From Acidimicrobiia bacterium (lineage in GTDB: Bacteria > Actinomycetota > Acidimicrobiia > Spongiisociales > JAHEDJ01): DNA of 64,000 bases. Made by a program: the position numbers and the translations under genes. Positions within the stretch are counted from its first letter, which is position 1, and every line of letters begins with the position of its first letter. The stretch covers positions 29,005-93,004 of the forward strand of contig JARGFH010000006.1 of assembly GCA_029210695.1 (NCBI GenBank), given 5' to 3'. Below the pieces are notes generated by a model, which was not told the origin of the DNA, did not search any database, and saw only the letters and a list, made by a program, of their open reading frames with translations. Shown piece by piece: positions 18,836 through 28,641 of this stretch.

Positions 18836-20002
18836 CTACAAGCCCATCTCACGGACATCGGCCGGGCGCGTCGGCTCTGCCCTTCGGTACACCTCGTCGA
18901 GGGCATCGGTGAGCGCGGCTTCGAGACTCGGGAAGAGGTGGCCGTAGGTTCCGAGGGTGACCTGGATGGTGCTGTGCCCCATCCGCTCCATGATCGCCCG
19001 TGGGTGGGCTCCTTCGGCGATGAGCATGGCGGCGTAGCTGTGCCGCAAGTCGTGGAATCTCATCTGCTCAGGGAGACCGGCTCGGAGCACCGCAGGCTTG
19101 AAATGCCGGGCGTAGAAGTTCGAGTGTCGGAGTGGTCCGCCCCTTGATGAGGTGAACACGAAGTCGCGACCGGCCTTGCCAGCAAGGTGCGTCGTCAGCT
19201 CTGCGACGAGTGCCTGGGGGATGGGTACTGCCCGACGTTGGTAGGTCTTTGGTGCTCCGAACTGGAGCTTCCCATACGCCTCCGTCGCCGAGGCCACAAC
19301 TTGGACGCGACCATGGAGGAGATCAACCGACTCCGTTCGGAGCGCGACGATCTCGCCCGCCCGTAGACCAGTGAAGCCGGCGAATCGCACGAGCAGCCCA
19401 CGCTCCTGATATCGGGGCCGTAGGTGCTCCCCGCCACCTCGCCTGATCGGCGGATTGGCCAGTTCCTCTCCGAGGGTCATGATCTGGTCGGCACTGAGGA
19501 ACACCATCTCGGCGGGCGGCTTCTTCGGAGCCTTTGCACCTTCAACCGGATTGACCTTGATCGCGCCGGATCGTCGGGCTAACTCGAGTACGAGCCGGAG
19601 TACGTCCCGGACATTGCGCACCGTGCCGGCCCCCGCTCCGGTCGAGGTGAGTTCGGCCAGCAACGCCACAACAGTTGGGTGGTCCATGCGGTTGACAGGA
19701 GTGTCTTCGAATCGGGGGAGGAGATGACGACGAAGGATTGACTCGTAGCTCTCGCGTGTCTTGGGGGTGAGGCCGGCGATGGTCGGCACCCAACGGTCTG
19801 CCCAGTCGCCGAAGGTTTCCCTGCCGAGTTGGGGGTCGAGCCAATCGCCGCGGGTGATGTCCGCTTCCACCACGTTGGCGAACTTCTGTGCGTCGGCCTT
19901 CCGATGGAAGGTACGGGTTCGATCTCCCTTATCCGGATCGCGGTAGCGGACATCCCAGCGGGTCTCGCCACTTGCCGTCTGCCGTCTCCTGATGTTCGCC
20001 AT
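18836..20002 (-). CDS. int: tyrosine-type site-specific recombinase / integrase
   Basis: N-terminal SAM-like domain 'ASGETRWDVRYRDPDKG...', catalytic domain with 'HDLRHSYAAMLIAEG' and 'GHSTIQVTLGTYGHL' (R..HxxR..Y). The ORF extends to 20158; the internal Met at 20002 (MANIRRRQ) is the likelier start. Confidence 0.85.
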   Translation of the reverse strand: MANIRRRQTASGETRWDVRYRDPDKGDRTRTFHRKADAQKFANVVEADITRGDWLDPQLGRETFGDWADRWVPTIAGLTPKTRESYESILRRHLLPRFEDTPVNRMDHPTVVALLAELTSTGAGAGTVRNVRDVLRLVLELARRSGAIKVNPVEGAKAPKKPPAEMVFLSADQIMTLGEELANPPIRRGGGEHLRPRYQERGLLVRFAGFTGLRAGEIVALRTESVDLLHGRVQVVASATEAYGKLQFGAPKTYQRRAVPIPQALVAELTTHLAGKAGRDFVFTSSRGGPLRHSNFYARHFKPAVLRAGLPEQMRFHDLRHSYAAMLIAEGAHPRAIMERMGHSTIQVTLGTYGHLFPSLEAALTDALDEVYRRAEPTRPADVREMGL

Positions 20003-20060
20003 GTTCGCTCCTGAGCCAATAGCGGATCCGGTCGTCGGCCGAAGCCACCCAATTGCGACT

Positions 20061-20303
20061 CTACCGACGATCACCGACATGCGTTCGGGTGCGAGTCCGA
20101 TCCGAGCTCCTTCGTACCTCGGCGACACGAACCCGGTCTCGGATCCATTGTTCGACATCAGTCCACCGGTAGCGGACGTGCTTGCCCACCCGAAAGCCGA
20201 CGGGTCCCTCTCCCCGGTACCGCCACGCGTACAGCGTCTTGATCGGGACGTCGAGGAAGGCGGCGAGATCCTCAGCCGTAAGAAGGCGGTCGTCTTCGTT
20301 CAT
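20061..20303 (-). CDS. xis: excisionase/Xis-family HTH DNA-binding protein
   Basis: 80 aa. 'LLTAEDLAAFLDVPIKTLYAWRYRGEGPVGFRVGKHVRYRWTDVEQWI' is the classic Xis/MerR-like HTH. It lies immediately upstream of the integrase. Confidence 0.7.
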   Translation of the reverse strand: MNEDDRLLTAEDLAAFLDVPIKTLYAWRYRGEGPVGFRVGKHVRYRWTDVEQWIRDRVRVAEVRRSSDRTRTRTHVGDRR

Positions 20304-20496
20304 GGGCAGATCGTGGATGCTGACCCTTTCAGGGGAGTGCCATTTCGTTGTCGATTCCTACCCGCCAGCTCCCGCGCCCACGCAACGCCCACTAGCGCGC
20401 CGAGACCCCGAGTTCCCCAGGAGCACGTTGGGATTGGAGGGTTCTTGACAGGGCTACTGACACTCTGGTGACAGGGTTCGATGCAACTGTCTGCTC

Positions 20497-21729
20497 ATGG
20501 AGATGTCAGATCTTGCTATCCCGGGCGGCCCCACGCTGTGTTGGAGGGCTGCCGACATTGAAATGACAGGGCTGTCGCGTTGCCCCGCGGCAGGCGCCCC
20601 ATATCTCCTTGATGACATGATGCGAATATTTCTGCCCCACCCCCTGCTACCTCCGACGCGTAGTGTTGGTTCAGCGTCTGTGAAAGGTGGTAGCCATTTG
20701 AGCCCAGGGCGCTGGTCAATCGGGTTCGGCGACCTGCCCCGGCCGCCGTTTGTCGTTGGCGTCGCATTTGCGGCGCTGCTGATCCTTGGCGCCTGCACGT
20801 CGACCGGATCCACGGAATCCACGACGACATCGTCGACCGATCCGGTGTCGACCACTGGCGAAGCGTCCTCAACAACAACGCCGACGTCGCTCACGACCAC
20901 CACGACCCGTCCCTCCGAACAGGACGTGATCGCCGCATGGGGCGCGTACTGGAACGCATGGATCGATGTGCGGGCGTCCGATGACCTTGATCGGGGTCCT
21001 CTCGAAGCCGTTGCCTCCCCGGAGGTGGTCGATGGTGCTCTCACTCTGTTCGAGCGCCAACGCTCGTCTGGCCTTGGTCCGGTTCAAACCGAAGTCGCGT
21101 TGCACGCAGCCGTCACGACCTCGGACGCTGATCGGGCCACCGTCGAGGACTGCGTGCTCTTGGCACCATCGTTCACCGACGCCGTCGGCGTCTGGTACGA
21201 GGCGGATCTTATTCGAAGCGACAAGGGCTGGATCGTGGACGCCGTTCGTATCCCCAGAGCTGGCGGATGCGTTCCCAGGGCCATGGCCGAGGCAGCCATT
21301 GAGGGATATGAGGCCTTCTACGCGGGTTGGACGGACTACTGGGATCCAGCCGACCCCGAGTCCCCGATCATTGATCAAGTTCTTGCCGAGCCGCAGCTTG
21401 GTCTGGTCGTGGATCTTCTCTCTGATCACGAGGCTCGCGGAGCTGCGCTTCGGGGTCAACCCAGCCTGCACCCCGAGGTGATCGAGCTGCGCAGCCCGAC
21501 CGAACTCGTGATTCTCAGCTGCCTCGAGCCATCCCCCGATTACGGGCTTTATGACATTGATACGGGCGAGCGACTCGACGACGTGCCGGCCGTTCGGACC
21601 GGTCAAAGGAACCTCGAGTCAGCCGTGATGATTCTCGAGGACGGCCTGTGGAAGGTGTCCGACCTACAAGGGCAAGTGGATTTCGCATGCGAATTTGCTC
21701 CAACAGATCGCGGACTTCCGTCCGTCTGA
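20497..21729 (+). CDS. secreted lipoprotein, unknown function (start likely downstream of 20497)
   Basis: Hydrophobic signal plus lipobox 'ALLILGACTS', followed by a Ser/Thr-rich linker. Confidence 0.5.
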   Translation: MEMSDLAIPGGPTLCWRAADIEMTGLSRCPAAGAPYLLDDMMRIFLPHPLLPPTRSVGSASVKGGSHLSPGRWSIGFGDLPRPPFVVGVAFAALLILGACTSTGSTESTTTSSTDPVSTTGEASSTTTPTSLTTTTTRPSEQDVIAAWGAYWNAWIDVRASDDLDRGPLEAVASPEVVDGALTLFERQRSSGLGPVQTEVALHAAVTTSDADRATVEDCVLLAPSFTDAVGVWYEADLIRSDKGWIVDAVRIPRAGGCVPRAMAEAAIEGYEAFYAGWTDYWDPADPESPIIDQVLAEPQLGLVVDLLSDHEARGAALRGQPSLHPEVIELRSPTELVILSCLEPSPDYGLYDIDTGERLDDVPAVRTGQRNLESAVMILEDGLWKVSDLQGQVDFACEFAPTDRGLPSV

Positions 21730-22580
21730 GTCTCGCCATCGCCATCTCCGCGGCGGTGGTGCTCCAAGCCGCGCCGGCGTCTGCCAACCACTGCTCCGGC
21801 GAGGGTGACATCTATCAGGGCGGCGGTGATGTGGTTGCTGAGTGCCACGGCAAGACGCCGGGACGGCCTGGTGAGCGGACGGTTCATGAGACCTGGGACA
21901 TCTATTGCACCGCCGCAGTGGGCCCGTACCAGGAGGGTGATGAGGTCGAGTTCTATGCCACCGACGAGTTCACCGCGGGGGACGTGGAGCATCTTGGGTT
22001 CGATCCGACGGGGGAGTATTGGTGGTGGAACGTGACCTGCTGGCGGGATGGGGAGCCGGTCCATTCCCACGAGTTCGCGGTGGAGGTGACACCACCGGTG
22101 CCGCCTGAGGCGATCCGCGATGTGGCGGTGGCCCGTTTGGAACCGCCACCGCCTGTCCCGGAGACGAGTCCGCCCCTGGTCCAGCAGACATTCGTTGCTG
22201 TTCCGACATGGTTGTGGCTGGATCCGGCGTCCTGGTCGCCGGTCGAGGTTTCTGAGACTCGTGGGTTTACCACTGTGACGGTGCGGGCGACTCCGACTCA
22301 TGCCCGTTGGGTGATGGGCGACGGGGGTGGAGTCACATGTTTGGGGCCGGGTGTGGCGTGGACGTCCGGGGCTTCGGAGGACGCGACGGACTGTTCATAC
22401 ACGTATGAGCACTCGTCCTACGGCGAGCCGGAGGGCCGTTTCGAGGCGTCGGTGACGGTTACGTGGGAGTTCGAGTGGTGGATCAACGACGTCTACCAGG
22501 GAGTGTTCGGCACGGCTGATCTGAGCGCCGCATTCGGGGTGGCGGTCGGCGAGATCCAAGCGGTGGAGACAGGAGGATGA
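21687..22580 (+). CDS. secreted Cys/Trp-rich protein, unknown function
   Basis: Signal peptide 'RLSLAIAISAAVVLQAAPASA' followed by several Cys and Trp-rich repeats. It directly precedes cpaB. Confidence 0.5.
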   Translation: MRICSNRSRTSVRLSLAIAISAAVVLQAAPASANHCSGEGDIYQGGGDVVAECHGKTPGRPGERTVHETWDIYCTAAVGPYQEGDEVEFYATDEFTAGDVEHLGFDPTGEYWWWNVTCWRDGEPVHSHEFAVEVTPPVPPEAIRDVAVARLEPPPPVPETSPPLVQQTFVAVPTWLWLDPASWSPVEVSETRGFTTVTVRATPTHARWVMGDGGGVTCLGPGVAWTSGASEDATDCSYTYEHSSYGEPEGRFEASVTVTWEFEWWINDVYQGVFGTADLSAAFGVAVGEIQAVETGG

Positions 22581-22581
22581 C

Positions 22582-23277
22582 GTGACTCGGAGCACTACAA
22601 GCTCATCGATTGGGCGAGCGGACCCAGCTGGCGACGGCAAACTTGGTTCTGGCCCCTTCCGGTTGGAGCCGCCACGCCGCAGGGTGCAGGTGCCTCAGCT
22701 GCTGATCGCGGTGTTCGTGGTGGCGGTGAGCGCGCTGGTGGCGGTGGTGCTGTTCTCGGGTGCCGCCGCCCGAGAGCCCGTGCTGGCTCTCGCCGAGCCG
22801 GTGGAGAGGGGCCAGGTGATCTCCTCCGGTGACCTGATGGTGGTGTTTGTGGCGACCGACGACCCGATCACGACACTGTCGTCGGAGGCGGCGTCGGGGA
22901 TCGTGGGTCTGACCGCGGTGGCTGATCTGGAGGCGGGAACCATCCTCACCGGTGCGCATTTCGTTTCCCGGAGCGTCCTCGACGCCGGGGAGGGTGTGGT
23001 CGGGTTGGCGTTGTCGCCGGGCGAGTATCCGACGCTGCTGTTGGCGCCTGGTGACCGGGTGGACGTGGTAGTGACCGACGGGGGGTCGTCTGTTTCGGAT
23101 AGCACCAGCACCCGGGTGGTGGTCCGGTCAGCGGAGGTGTTCGATGTCGCCGAGCTGGGCACGCAGGGGGACCGGTTCATTTCGCTGCGGGTTCCGGCCA
23201 CCGCGGCTGCCGAGGTAGCTGGGGCAGCTGGGGCGGGTCAGGTTCGGTTGGTGTTGGTCGCGGGGGTCGAACGATGA
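22582..23277 (+). CDS. cpaB: Flp pilus assembly protein CpaB/RcpC-like (SAF domain)
   Basis: N-terminal TM 'LLIAVFVVAVSALVAVVLF' followed by a SAF-like beta-rich domain. Its position upstream of the TadZ/TadA genes supports the call. Confidence 0.6.
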   Translation: MTRSTTSSSIGRADPAGDGKLGSGPFRLEPPRRRVQVPQLLIAVFVVAVSALVAVVLFSGAAAREPVLALAEPVERGQVISSGDLMVVFVATDDPITTLSSEAASGIVGLTAVADLEAGTILTGAHFVSRSVLDAGEGVVGLALSPGEYPTLLLAPGDRVDVVVTDGGSSVSDSTSTRVVVRSAEVFDVAELGTQGDRFISLRVPATAAAEVAGAAGAGQVRLVLVAGVER

Positions 23278-24062
23278 GCCTGGTCTGTTTTGGTTCCGCC
23301 CACGGCGCTCCCGGGGTGACGACCACTGCATTGGCGGTGGCAGCGACCTGGCCGGAGCGTCGCTCCTGTCTGCTGGTGGAAGCTGACCCTTTCGGTGGGG
23401 TGATCGCGGCCCGGTACGGCCTCGGTGATTCCCCTGGGTTGTCTTCGCTGGCGGCTGTCGCTCGGCGGGAACTCGACGACGACGCGGTTTGGCAGTGCGC
23501 ACAGCAGCTACCCGGTGGGGTTCGGGTGCTGGTCGGTCCTGCCTCCGCCGACGAGGCTCATGCCGTGTTGGGGGATCTGGCCGGAGCATTCGCCGTCTGG
23601 TCCGCTGCCCAGACCGAGGTTGACGTGATCGTTGACTGTGGCCGGATGCCACCGGGTTCTGGCGTGATCGGTCCTCTGCTGGAGGCAGGAGTGGTGATGG
23701 TGGTGACACGCCCGTCGCTCGATCAGCTTCGACCTGCCGCCCATCGACGGGCGGCTCTCAAAGAATCCGGGATCGACGCCGGCTTGTTGTTGGTCGGTGA
23801 CCGGCCGTACGGGTCCGACGAGGTGGCCGCCGCGTTCGGTGCTGAAGTGGCCGGTGTGATCGCCTGGGATCCGAGGACGGCGGCTGTGCTGTCGGGCACC
23901 CATGGCGCGGTTCGCGACCTGCGCCGTTCCCTCCTTGTCCGATCGGCAGCCACGCTGGCGGCCAGCTTGGCGCCGCCCCGCGCCGTCCTCGATCAGGGTA
24001 TGGCAATGGTCCCCGCAGCGGAGGTTGTGGCGTCGAAGGTTGCAGAGGAGACGGGTTCGTGA
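23274..24062 (+). CDS. TadZ/CpaE-like ParA/MinD-family ATPase with deviant Walker A
   Basis: 'FGSAHGAPGVTTTALAVA' (a degenerate P-loop of the SsdA/CpaE type). Stop and start overlap its neighbours. Confidence 0.6.
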   Translation: MSLVCFGSAHGAPGVTTTALAVAATWPERRSCLLVEADPFGGVIAARYGLGDSPGLSSLAAVARRELDDDAVWQCAQQLPGGVRVLVGPASADEAHAVLGDLAGAFAVWSAAQTEVDVIVDCGRMPPGSGVIGPLLEAGVVMVVTRPSLDQLRPAAHRRAALKESGIDAGLLLVGDRPYGSDEVAAAFGAEVAGVIAWDPRTAAVLSGTHGAVRDLRRSLLVRSAATLAASLAPPRAVLDQGMAMVPAAEVVASKVAEETGS

Positions 24063-25366
24063 CCGGCAACAACGACCTGGGTGGGCGGCTGCACCGTGCG
24101 GTGGCAGAGAAGCTGTCCGAGCATCTCCGGACTCACGACGGGGATGCTCCGTTGAGCCTCGAAGACGAACGTGCCCTCACCCACTCACTGATCGCCGCCG
24201 AGCTGACCCAACTTACCGAGAACGCCTACCGGAACGGACAGACTCCTCTCGACCCGGCCACGGAGTCGGACCTGGCCGAGGCGGTTTTCCACCGGGTCCA
24301 CGGGCTGGGACGTCTCCAGCCATACATTGATGATCCGGACGTGTCGAACATCCATGTCAACGGTTTCGACAACGTGTGGCTCGTGTACCGGGACGGCACC
24401 AAGGTCCGAGGCGAGCCGGCCGCCGATTCGGACCGTGACCTGATCGACATGGTCGCCAGCGCCGCCCGCAGGATCGGACGCAGCGAGAAGCGTTGGGATC
24501 AGGTGTCGTGGGAGCTGCACCTGCAACTCCCGGGAGGTGAGCGCCTCCATGCGGTGATGGGGTTGACGGGTCGGCCGGCGATCACAATCCGCCGCCACGA
24601 CTTCAGTATCTACCGGCTCAAGCATCTCATCGAGCTGGGCGTGATCGACGAAGGGTTGGCCGAGTTCTTGGGGGCGGCGGTGAGAGCGAAACTGAACCTG
24701 ATCGTGGCCGGAGGGACGAACACCGGCAAGACGACGATGCTGCGGTGTCTCCTCAATGAGATTCCGCCGGATGAGCGGGTTGTCACCGTTGAGGACAACC
24801 TCGAGATCGGTTTAGACCGGTTCGCTGATCTCCACCCCGACCAGGTGATGTGGGAGCGCCGGGGTGCGAATATTGAAGGCCGAGGCGAAGCGTCCCTGGC
24901 TGATTGTGTGCGGGCGACGCTGCGTCAGAACCCCGACCGGGTGATCGTTGGGGAGATCCGCGGTGTCGAGGTGGTCGACATGCTGCGGGCCATGTCCCAG
25001 GGCAACGACGGTTCGATGTCCTCGATCCATGCCGACTCTTCCAAGGGAGCGATCGTTCGACTCGGCATGTACACGGCCGAAGCCGGTCTCGACGAGGAGA
25101 CGTCGAACAAGTGGATCGCCAACGCCGTGGACCTGATTGTCCACCTGGGATGGGTGGACGGCACCCGCCGGGTCACCAGCATCCGCGAGGTGTTGGAGGC
25201 GGAGCAGCGCCAGATCGCGACCAACGAGGTCTACCGACCGGCAGCCGACGGAAAAGCGGTACCGGCTCCCGGCCCGACCATCAGAAACGACACGCTGGCA
25301 CGACTGGTCGCCGCCAGCTTTGACGCCTCCTTCCTTTCGACCGCTTCTGGTTGGCGGCGAACATGA
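24059..25366 (+). CDS. tadA: TadA/CpaF secretion ATPase (VirB11/GspE superfamily)
   Basis: Walker A 'IVAGGTNTGKTTML', Asp box and Walker B 'RQNPDRVIVGEIRG', and a His box 'GSMSSIHAD'. Confidence 0.9.
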   Translation: MTGNNDLGGRLHRAVAEKLSEHLRTHDGDAPLSLEDERALTHSLIAAELTQLTENAYRNGQTPLDPATESDLAEAVFHRVHGLGRLQPYIDDPDVSNIHVNGFDNVWLVYRDGTKVRGEPAADSDRDLIDMVASAARRIGRSEKRWDQVSWELHLQLPGGERLHAVMGLTGRPAITIRRHDFSIYRLKHLIELGVIDEGLAEFLGAAVRAKLNLIVAGGTNTGKTTMLRCLLNEIPPDERVVTVEDNLEIGLDRFADLHPDQVMWERRGANIEGRGEASLADCVRATLRQNPDRVIVGEIRGVEVVDMLRAMSQGNDGSMSSIHADSSKGAIVRLGMYTAEAGLDEETSNKWIANAVDLIVHLGWVDGTRRVTSIREVLEAEQRQIATNEVYRPAADGKAVPAPGPTIRNDTLARLVAASFDASFLSTASGWRRT

Positions 25367-26223
25367 ATCTCCTCGTCGCCGCAGCCACCGGTGGTCTCAT
25401 CGGGTTCGGACTGTGGTTGGGCGTCACCGCGGTGAGAGGAATCAAGGTGGTACCCGATGCCCGCCGGCTGGTACCTGCGGCGGTACGGGCGGAACGGGCC
25501 ACCGCTTGGCTCGCCGGAGCACTGCTCACGGGCATCATCGTGGGACTGGTCACCGGGTGGCCAGTCGCGGGCATCGGCACCACCCTCGGCGTGCTGGCGG
25601 GACCTGCCGCTATGGGTGGCACCGCTCGGCGTGCACAGGAGACGGCTACCGCCGACGCCATCGCCACCTGGGCAGACATGATCCGCGACACCATGGCCGG
25701 AGCGTCGGGGTTGGAGGAATCACTCATCCAGACCGCCGCCGTCGCGCCAACCGCCATCCGAAGGCAGTTGCAGGCGTTCGCTCACCGGCTGCGCCATCAG
25801 CCCCTCGAAGCCGCCCTCGACGGTCTCGCCAATGATCTCAACCATTCATCCGCCGACCTGATCGTCGCTGCCCTGGCCGCTGCCGCCCGTCTCGAGGCCC
25901 GCGACCTCGGTGGGCTCCTCGCCCGTCTGGCCGAGGCCATCCGGGGAGACGTCCGGATGCGCACCCGCATCGAGATCGGCCGCGCCCGGATCAGAACCTC
26001 TGCCCGAATCGCAGTCGCCACGACCACTGCCACGGTCGTCTTCCTATACCTGTTCGCCGGCCACCTGTTGGAGCCCTACGACACCGCCGGCGGCCAAGTC
26101 TGGCTGCTGGTCGTCATGGCTGTGTTCTTCGGTGCTGGGGTGATGCTCCACCACTACAGCCAGCTCGAAGCACCAGAACGCTTCACCCTCCGCCACATCT
26201 CACACAAGGAGGCGCTCCGATGA
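25351..26223 (+). CDS. tadB: TadB-like type II secretion system F-domain membrane protein
   Basis: N-terminal TM helices, a central cytoplasmic T2SSF-like domain and C-terminal TM helices. Coupled to tadA. Confidence 0.75.
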   Translation: MAANMNLLVAAATGGLIGFGLWLGVTAVRGIKVVPDARRLVPAAVRAERATAWLAGALLTGIIVGLVTGWPVAGIGTTLGVLAGPAAMGGTARRAQETATADAIATWADMIRDTMAGASGLEESLIQTAAVAPTAIRRQLQAFAHRLRHQPLEAALDGLANDLNHSSADLIVAALAAAARLEARDLGGLLARLAEAIRGDVRMRTRIEIGRARIRTSARIAVATTTATVVFLYLFAGHLLEPYDTAGGQVWLLVVMAVFFGAGVMLHHYSQLEAPERFTLRHISHKEALR

Positions 26224-27134
26224 CGGTACTGGCGGTCATGGCCGCGGGTGGGGGGATCGGGCTCGGTGTCTTCTTGGCCGCCAGGGCGATGTTCCCTCGA
26301 CCGGTGCCACTCCAGAAGGCACTGGCGGATCTGGGGCGTCCCCGCCGGACACCCATCCAGGCCCACTCGGGGTCGGTGGCAGGGATGACCGGGCGGGCCG
26401 GCCAGATGGCTGTCCGGGTCATGGAAGCCACTGGACTGGTGGACCTGGGACACCTCGACCAGCGGCTGCGGGCAGTGGGCAAACCAATCGAAGCCCACGC
26501 CTACGAAAAGTTGGTGGGCGGACTCGCCGGACTGTTCCTCCCCCTCGGCTTCGCCACGGTGTTGGCCGTCGGGGGCGTATCGATGTCACCTGGGTGGGTA
26601 GCGGCCCTCGCCGTCGGGTTCGGTGTCGGCGGGTTCATGTGGCCAGACCTCGGATTGTCGGAGCGGATCGAACGTCGCCGGCGGGACTTCCGCCACTCCC
26701 TCTCCGCCTATCTCGATCTGGTCACCATCATCCTGGCCGGCGGAGGGGGGCTCGAAACCGCACTCCAGACCTCCGCCGACCTGGGCGAGGGGTGGGCATT
26801 CACCGAGATCCGGGCCGCCCTCCGCAAAGCGCAGGTCACCAACCGCACCCCATGGGACGTCTTCGACGAACTCGGTCAAGAGCTCGGCATCGACGAACTC
26901 CGCGAACTCGCCGCATCGGCTCATTTGGCTGGCGACCAGGGGGCGCGCATTCGGGCGTCCCTCGCCGCCAAAGCCGACTCCATGCGTGCAGCCCAGACCG
27001 CCGCTATCGAAGCCCAAGCCGAAGCCGCCACCGAGAAGATGCTCCTGCCGGTGGTGACCCTCGTCGTCGGGATGATCCTCTTCATCGGCTTCGGAGTCGT
27101 CCAAGCGATCTCCACGCCGGGGACGGTCCCATGA
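26220..27134 (+). CDS. tadC: TadC-like type II secretion system F-domain membrane protein
   Basis: Second T2SSF paralogue with TM helices at both ends. Stops and starts overlap. Confidence 0.75.
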   Translation: MTVLAVMAAGGGIGLGVFLAARAMFPRPVPLQKALADLGRPRRTPIQAHSGSVAGMTGRAGQMAVRVMEATGLVDLGHLDQRLRAVGKPIEAHAYEKLVGGLAGLFLPLGFATVLAVGGVSMSPGWVAALAVGFGVGGFMWPDLGLSERIERRRRDFRHSLSAYLDLVTIILAGGGGLETALQTSADLGEGWAFTEIRAALRKAQVTNRTPWDVFDELGQELGIDELRELAASAHLAGDQGARIRASLAAKADSMRAAQTAAIEAQAEAATEKMLLPVVTLVVGMILFIGFGVVQAISTPGTVP

Positions 27135-27183
27135 CACCACCGAAAGGAAACATCAAGCGTCTACAACACCGCACGATCCGCTA

Positions 27184-27414
27184 TTGGAAGGAGCGACTGA
27201 TATGACCGCCTACATCGAGTACACCCGCCTCCTCATCGAAGTCACCCTGGCTTCGGTCGGAGTCCGCCTCCGAGACGAGAAGGGAGCAATGTCGACCGAG
27301 GCAGCCGTCCTCACCGGCGTGCTCGTCGCCGTCGCCGTCGCCGCCGGGGTGATACTCATCGCCAAGATGCGATCCAACGCCGAAGCGATCCCCGACAACG
27401 TGCCCGCCCCCTGA
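27184..27414 (+). CDS. flp: Flp/Fap-family prepilin
   Basis: '...KG|AMSTEAAVLTGVLVAVAVAAGVILIA': Gly cleavage site, Glu at +5 and a hydrophobic stretch, as in Flp pilins. Confidence 0.55.
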   Translation: MEGATDMTAYIEYTRLLIEVTLASVGVRLRDEKGAMSTEAAVLTGVLVAVAVAAGVILIAKMRSNAEAIPDNVPAP

Positions 27415-27434
27415 TCGAGCCGAAGGCGCAGGTC

Positions 27435-27830
27435 GTGGTAACGATGACGAGGAGACGAACAGGCGAGGAGGGCCTCACCTCCACCGAACTGGCCGTGGTC
27501 ATGCCGGTGCTCATCGCGCTCGTGTTGGTCCCGTTTCAGATCGCGCTGTGGTGGCACGCCCATCAGGTCGCCGACGGCGCAGCTCGCGAAGCCGTCGACG
27601 CCGCCCAGGTCGTCACCGCCACCGACGGCGACGGGATCCGAGCGGCCGAATGGTTCCTCGACGCTGCTGGCAACCTCACCGACCCCCAGGTGACCGTCAC
27701 CCGCACCGCCGAGACCGTCACTGTCGAGATCACCGGACGGGCACCTCGGCTCATCCCCGGATTCGACTGGAGCGTGGCGGTTCGGGCGTCTGGTCCGGTG
27801 GAACGGTTCGTACCGGAGCCGGACCGATGA
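27435..27830 (+). CDS. TadE-like pseudopilin
   Basis: 'EGLTSTELAVVMPVLIALVLVPFQIALWW' is the TadE N-terminal motif. Confidence 0.65.
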   Translation: MVTMTRRRTGEEGLTSTELAVVMPVLIALVLVPFQIALWWHAHQVADGAAREAVDAAQVVTATDGDGIRAAEWFLDAAGNLTDPQVTVTRTAETVTVEITGRAPRLIPGFDWSVAVRASGPVERFVPEPDR

Positions 27831-28255
27831 TGCGGATTCGCGACGAACACGGGGCAGTCTCCACCGAATTGGCGGTGCTCACGCCGCTGCTGATCGGGTT
27901 CATGCTCTTGGTCGTGTTCGCGGGTCGGGTCGCCCAAGCAGAAGGCGACGTCGCCCACGCCGCCCACGAGGCGGCCCGAGCCGCCTCCCTCACCGCCACC
28001 CCGTCAGCAGCGGTGGAAGCCGCCCAGGCGACAGCCTTCGCCAACATCACCGAAGGTGGAGTGGCGTGCCGGACCCTCGACGTGTCCGTCGACACAACCA
28101 ACTTCGCAGCGGGAGGCCAGGTCGCCGTTGCCGTCACCTGTCAGGCGGCATTCGGTGATATCGCCATGCTGGCCGTTCCCGGAAGCCGTACCTTCACCGC
28201 CAACGCCATCGAGGTGGTCGACACCTACCGAGCAAACCCCCGGAGCGTCCCATGA
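27827..28255 (+). CDS. TadE/TadF-like pseudopilin
   Basis: 'EHGAVSTELAVLTPLLIGFMLLVVFAG'. ATGA overlap with the preceding gene. Confidence 0.65.
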   Translation: MMRIRDEHGAVSTELAVLTPLLIGFMLLVVFAGRVAQAEGDVAHAAHEAARAASLTATPSAAVEAAQATAFANITEGGVACRTLDVSVDTTNFAAGGQVAVAVTCQAAFGDIAMLAVPGSRTFTANAIEVVDTYRANPRSVP

Positions 28256-28641
28256 ACGAGCGTGGGGCCGTCTCCACGTTCCTTGCGGTCATCGCTCTTG
28301 CCCTGCTGATGGCAGCGGGGCTGGCAATCGACGGTGGCCGGAAAGTCAACGCCCTCAGGGAGGCGAGCCACTTGGCTGACAACGCCGCCCGGGCCGGCGC
28401 CCAAGCCGTCGACCTCGACGCCCTCCGCACCACCGGTGACCTTATGGTTGTTCCCGCCGGCGCTGTCGACCGGGTGGACCAGTACCTGACGGCCCTGGGG
28501 TATGCCGCCGCTGAGGTGGCCGTGATTGGTGACAGCGTCACCGTCACCGTCAGTCTCACCGTGGACCCCGTCCTCTTGCCCACCGGGCAGATGACCGTCT
28601 CCGCCACCGAAACTGCCACAGCAATCACCGAGGAGCCATGA
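28252..28641 (+). CDS. TadG/TadE-like pseudopilin
   Basis: 'ERGAVSTFLAVIALALLMAAGLAIDGGR'. Confidence 0.6.
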   Translation: MNERGAVSTFLAVIALALLMAAGLAIDGGRKVNALREASHLADNAARAGAQAVDLDALRTTGDLMVVPAGAVDRVDQYLTALGYAAAEVAVIGDSVTVTVSLTVDPVLLPTGQMTVSATETATAITEEP

